A model generated the notes under the pieces. The model worked only from the letters and a program-made list of their open reading frames with translations, did no database searches and was not told the DNA's origin. Position numbers and translations under genes: made by a program. Positions 63,752-64,000 of a stretch of DNA of 64,000 bases are shown here, one piece after another. This DNA comes from Eledone cirrhosa (lineage: Eukaryota), in assembly GCA_964016885.1 (NCBI GenBank), contig OZ024742.1:138012001-138076000 (forward strand), written 5' to 3'. The first letter of the stretch is position 1. Every line of letters begins with the position of its first letter.

Positions 63752-64000
63752 AGTAGAATGATCCCGTCATTCTTGCTTATGTGTTGGCAATAAACAGAAT
63801 GTTAGACACTAATTTCTGGGGTGATTACCCTACATCAATACCCTATACTGCTTACCTGCCAACTATCAGAGCTATGTTATATTTTCTGGAATATACAGTG
63901 ACTGATCGGCCTGATTTGCATATTAACTGACTGCCCGATCAGGCAAATCTGCATATTATCAGACCCACTAATCATCCAGCTTTGCATATCAGCAGATAGG
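63752..64000. mobile_element. Second copy of the 34044-34520 element (opposite orientation, runs off window end)
   Basis: agtagaatgatcccgtcattcttg terminus followed by 33-bp repeats containing atttgcat. Confidence 0.8.

Overview
AT-rich eukaryotic (animal) genomic DNA with no host protein-coding gene I can identify. The SINE family and the very high microsatellite density resemble octopod cephalopod genomes (recalled similarity, not a database result). Nearly all ORF-track entries are microsatellite or antisense artefacts. The window is a mosaic of decayed retroelements and DNA transposons: RTE LINEs (one near full-length with a 6-bp TSD), R4/Dong-like LINEs, a Tx1/L1-clade LINE sitting in (GATA)n, Naiad-like Penelope-like elements (PLEs), two mariners, a pogo-like MITE and tRNA-type SINEs. 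The main hidden signal is non-coding. By hand folding I find about 10 structurally complete and about 10 degenerate or partial minimal type-I hammerhead ribozymes (stem I-CUGANGA-stem II-GAAA-short, often palindromic stem III-NUH-stem I') from several unrelated sequence families. They sit in short non-autonomous elements inserted in (TA)n that share a partial-tandem plus inverted (fold-back) architecture. One is a 466-bp ORF-less tandem unit with two identical ribozymes, i.e. a retrozyme-like candidate circular-RNA producer.
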